Positions 63,801 through 64,000 of a DNA stretch of 64,000 nucleotides are shown here, piece after piece. A program made the translations under genes and the position numbers. Source of the DNA: Phoronis australis. Taxonomy: Eukaryota; Animalia; Phoronida. The notes beneath the pieces are model-generated. The model made no database searches and had not been told where the DNA came from. It saw nothing but the letters and a program-made list of their open reading frames with translations. The DNA is taken from contig NMRA01000006.1 in assembly GCA_002633005.1 (NCBI GenBank), positions 1,773,742 through 1,837,741 of the forward strand. The letters run 5' to 3'. Numbering within the stretch: position 1 is the stretch's first letter; each line of letters opens with the position of its first letter.

Positions 63801-64000
63801 AGTTAATCCATCTCTCAAAATCCTGGCAATAGGTAAATTTTCAGGCAGCCTATGGCGTGGATATTTCAGACTCGAATGGGAAGGATTTTGTTCCGGTGTC
63901 GAGCTAATGAAGAAACAAAATTATTCTGGAGGGCTAAAAAGGCAGGTAGAAACAATATTCACAAAGATAAGGGAATTCTTCAAAATCCGAGAGCTTCCCA

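Noticed and set aside
60850-64000. Short ORFs and a possible minus-strand micro-exon ATGTTGCCAG|GT near 63725
   Set aside because: No recognisable domain and no consistent exon chain; some pieces may be hAT debris.

Overview
Intron-rich, AT-rich animal genomic DNA. A marine invertebrate, possibly a lophotrochozoan, is my inference from the repeat types. Single-N scaffold joins lie at 33197, 54147, 59519 and 62109. The left third holds 19 coding exons of RFC1 on the + strand (5' end outside the window). One RFC1 intron contains an intron-bearing tRNA-Thr(AGT), and two others hold inverted copies of a Helentron-type element full of CTCF-like motifs. The main find is two tandem minus-strand paralogs that the ORF track shows only in pieces. 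Manual splicing of 4 coding exons each gives about 830 aa and 782 aa proteins: an N-terminal CARD-like death-fold domain, five tandem divergent ubiquitin-like (UBL) domains with no di-Gly, and an acidic Ser-rich tail. The paralog A tail carries duplicated DSGxxS (IkB/beta-catenin-type) degron motifs, and kB-like sites cluster near both putative first exons. This suggests an innate-immune or cell-death adaptor carrying its own encoded pseudo-polyubiquitin chain (inference). The rest is mostly decayed transposons, a 570-bp foldback, and a 1.2-kb gap-flanking duplication that is probably an assembly artefact. All domain calls come from motif recognition by eye; no searches were run.
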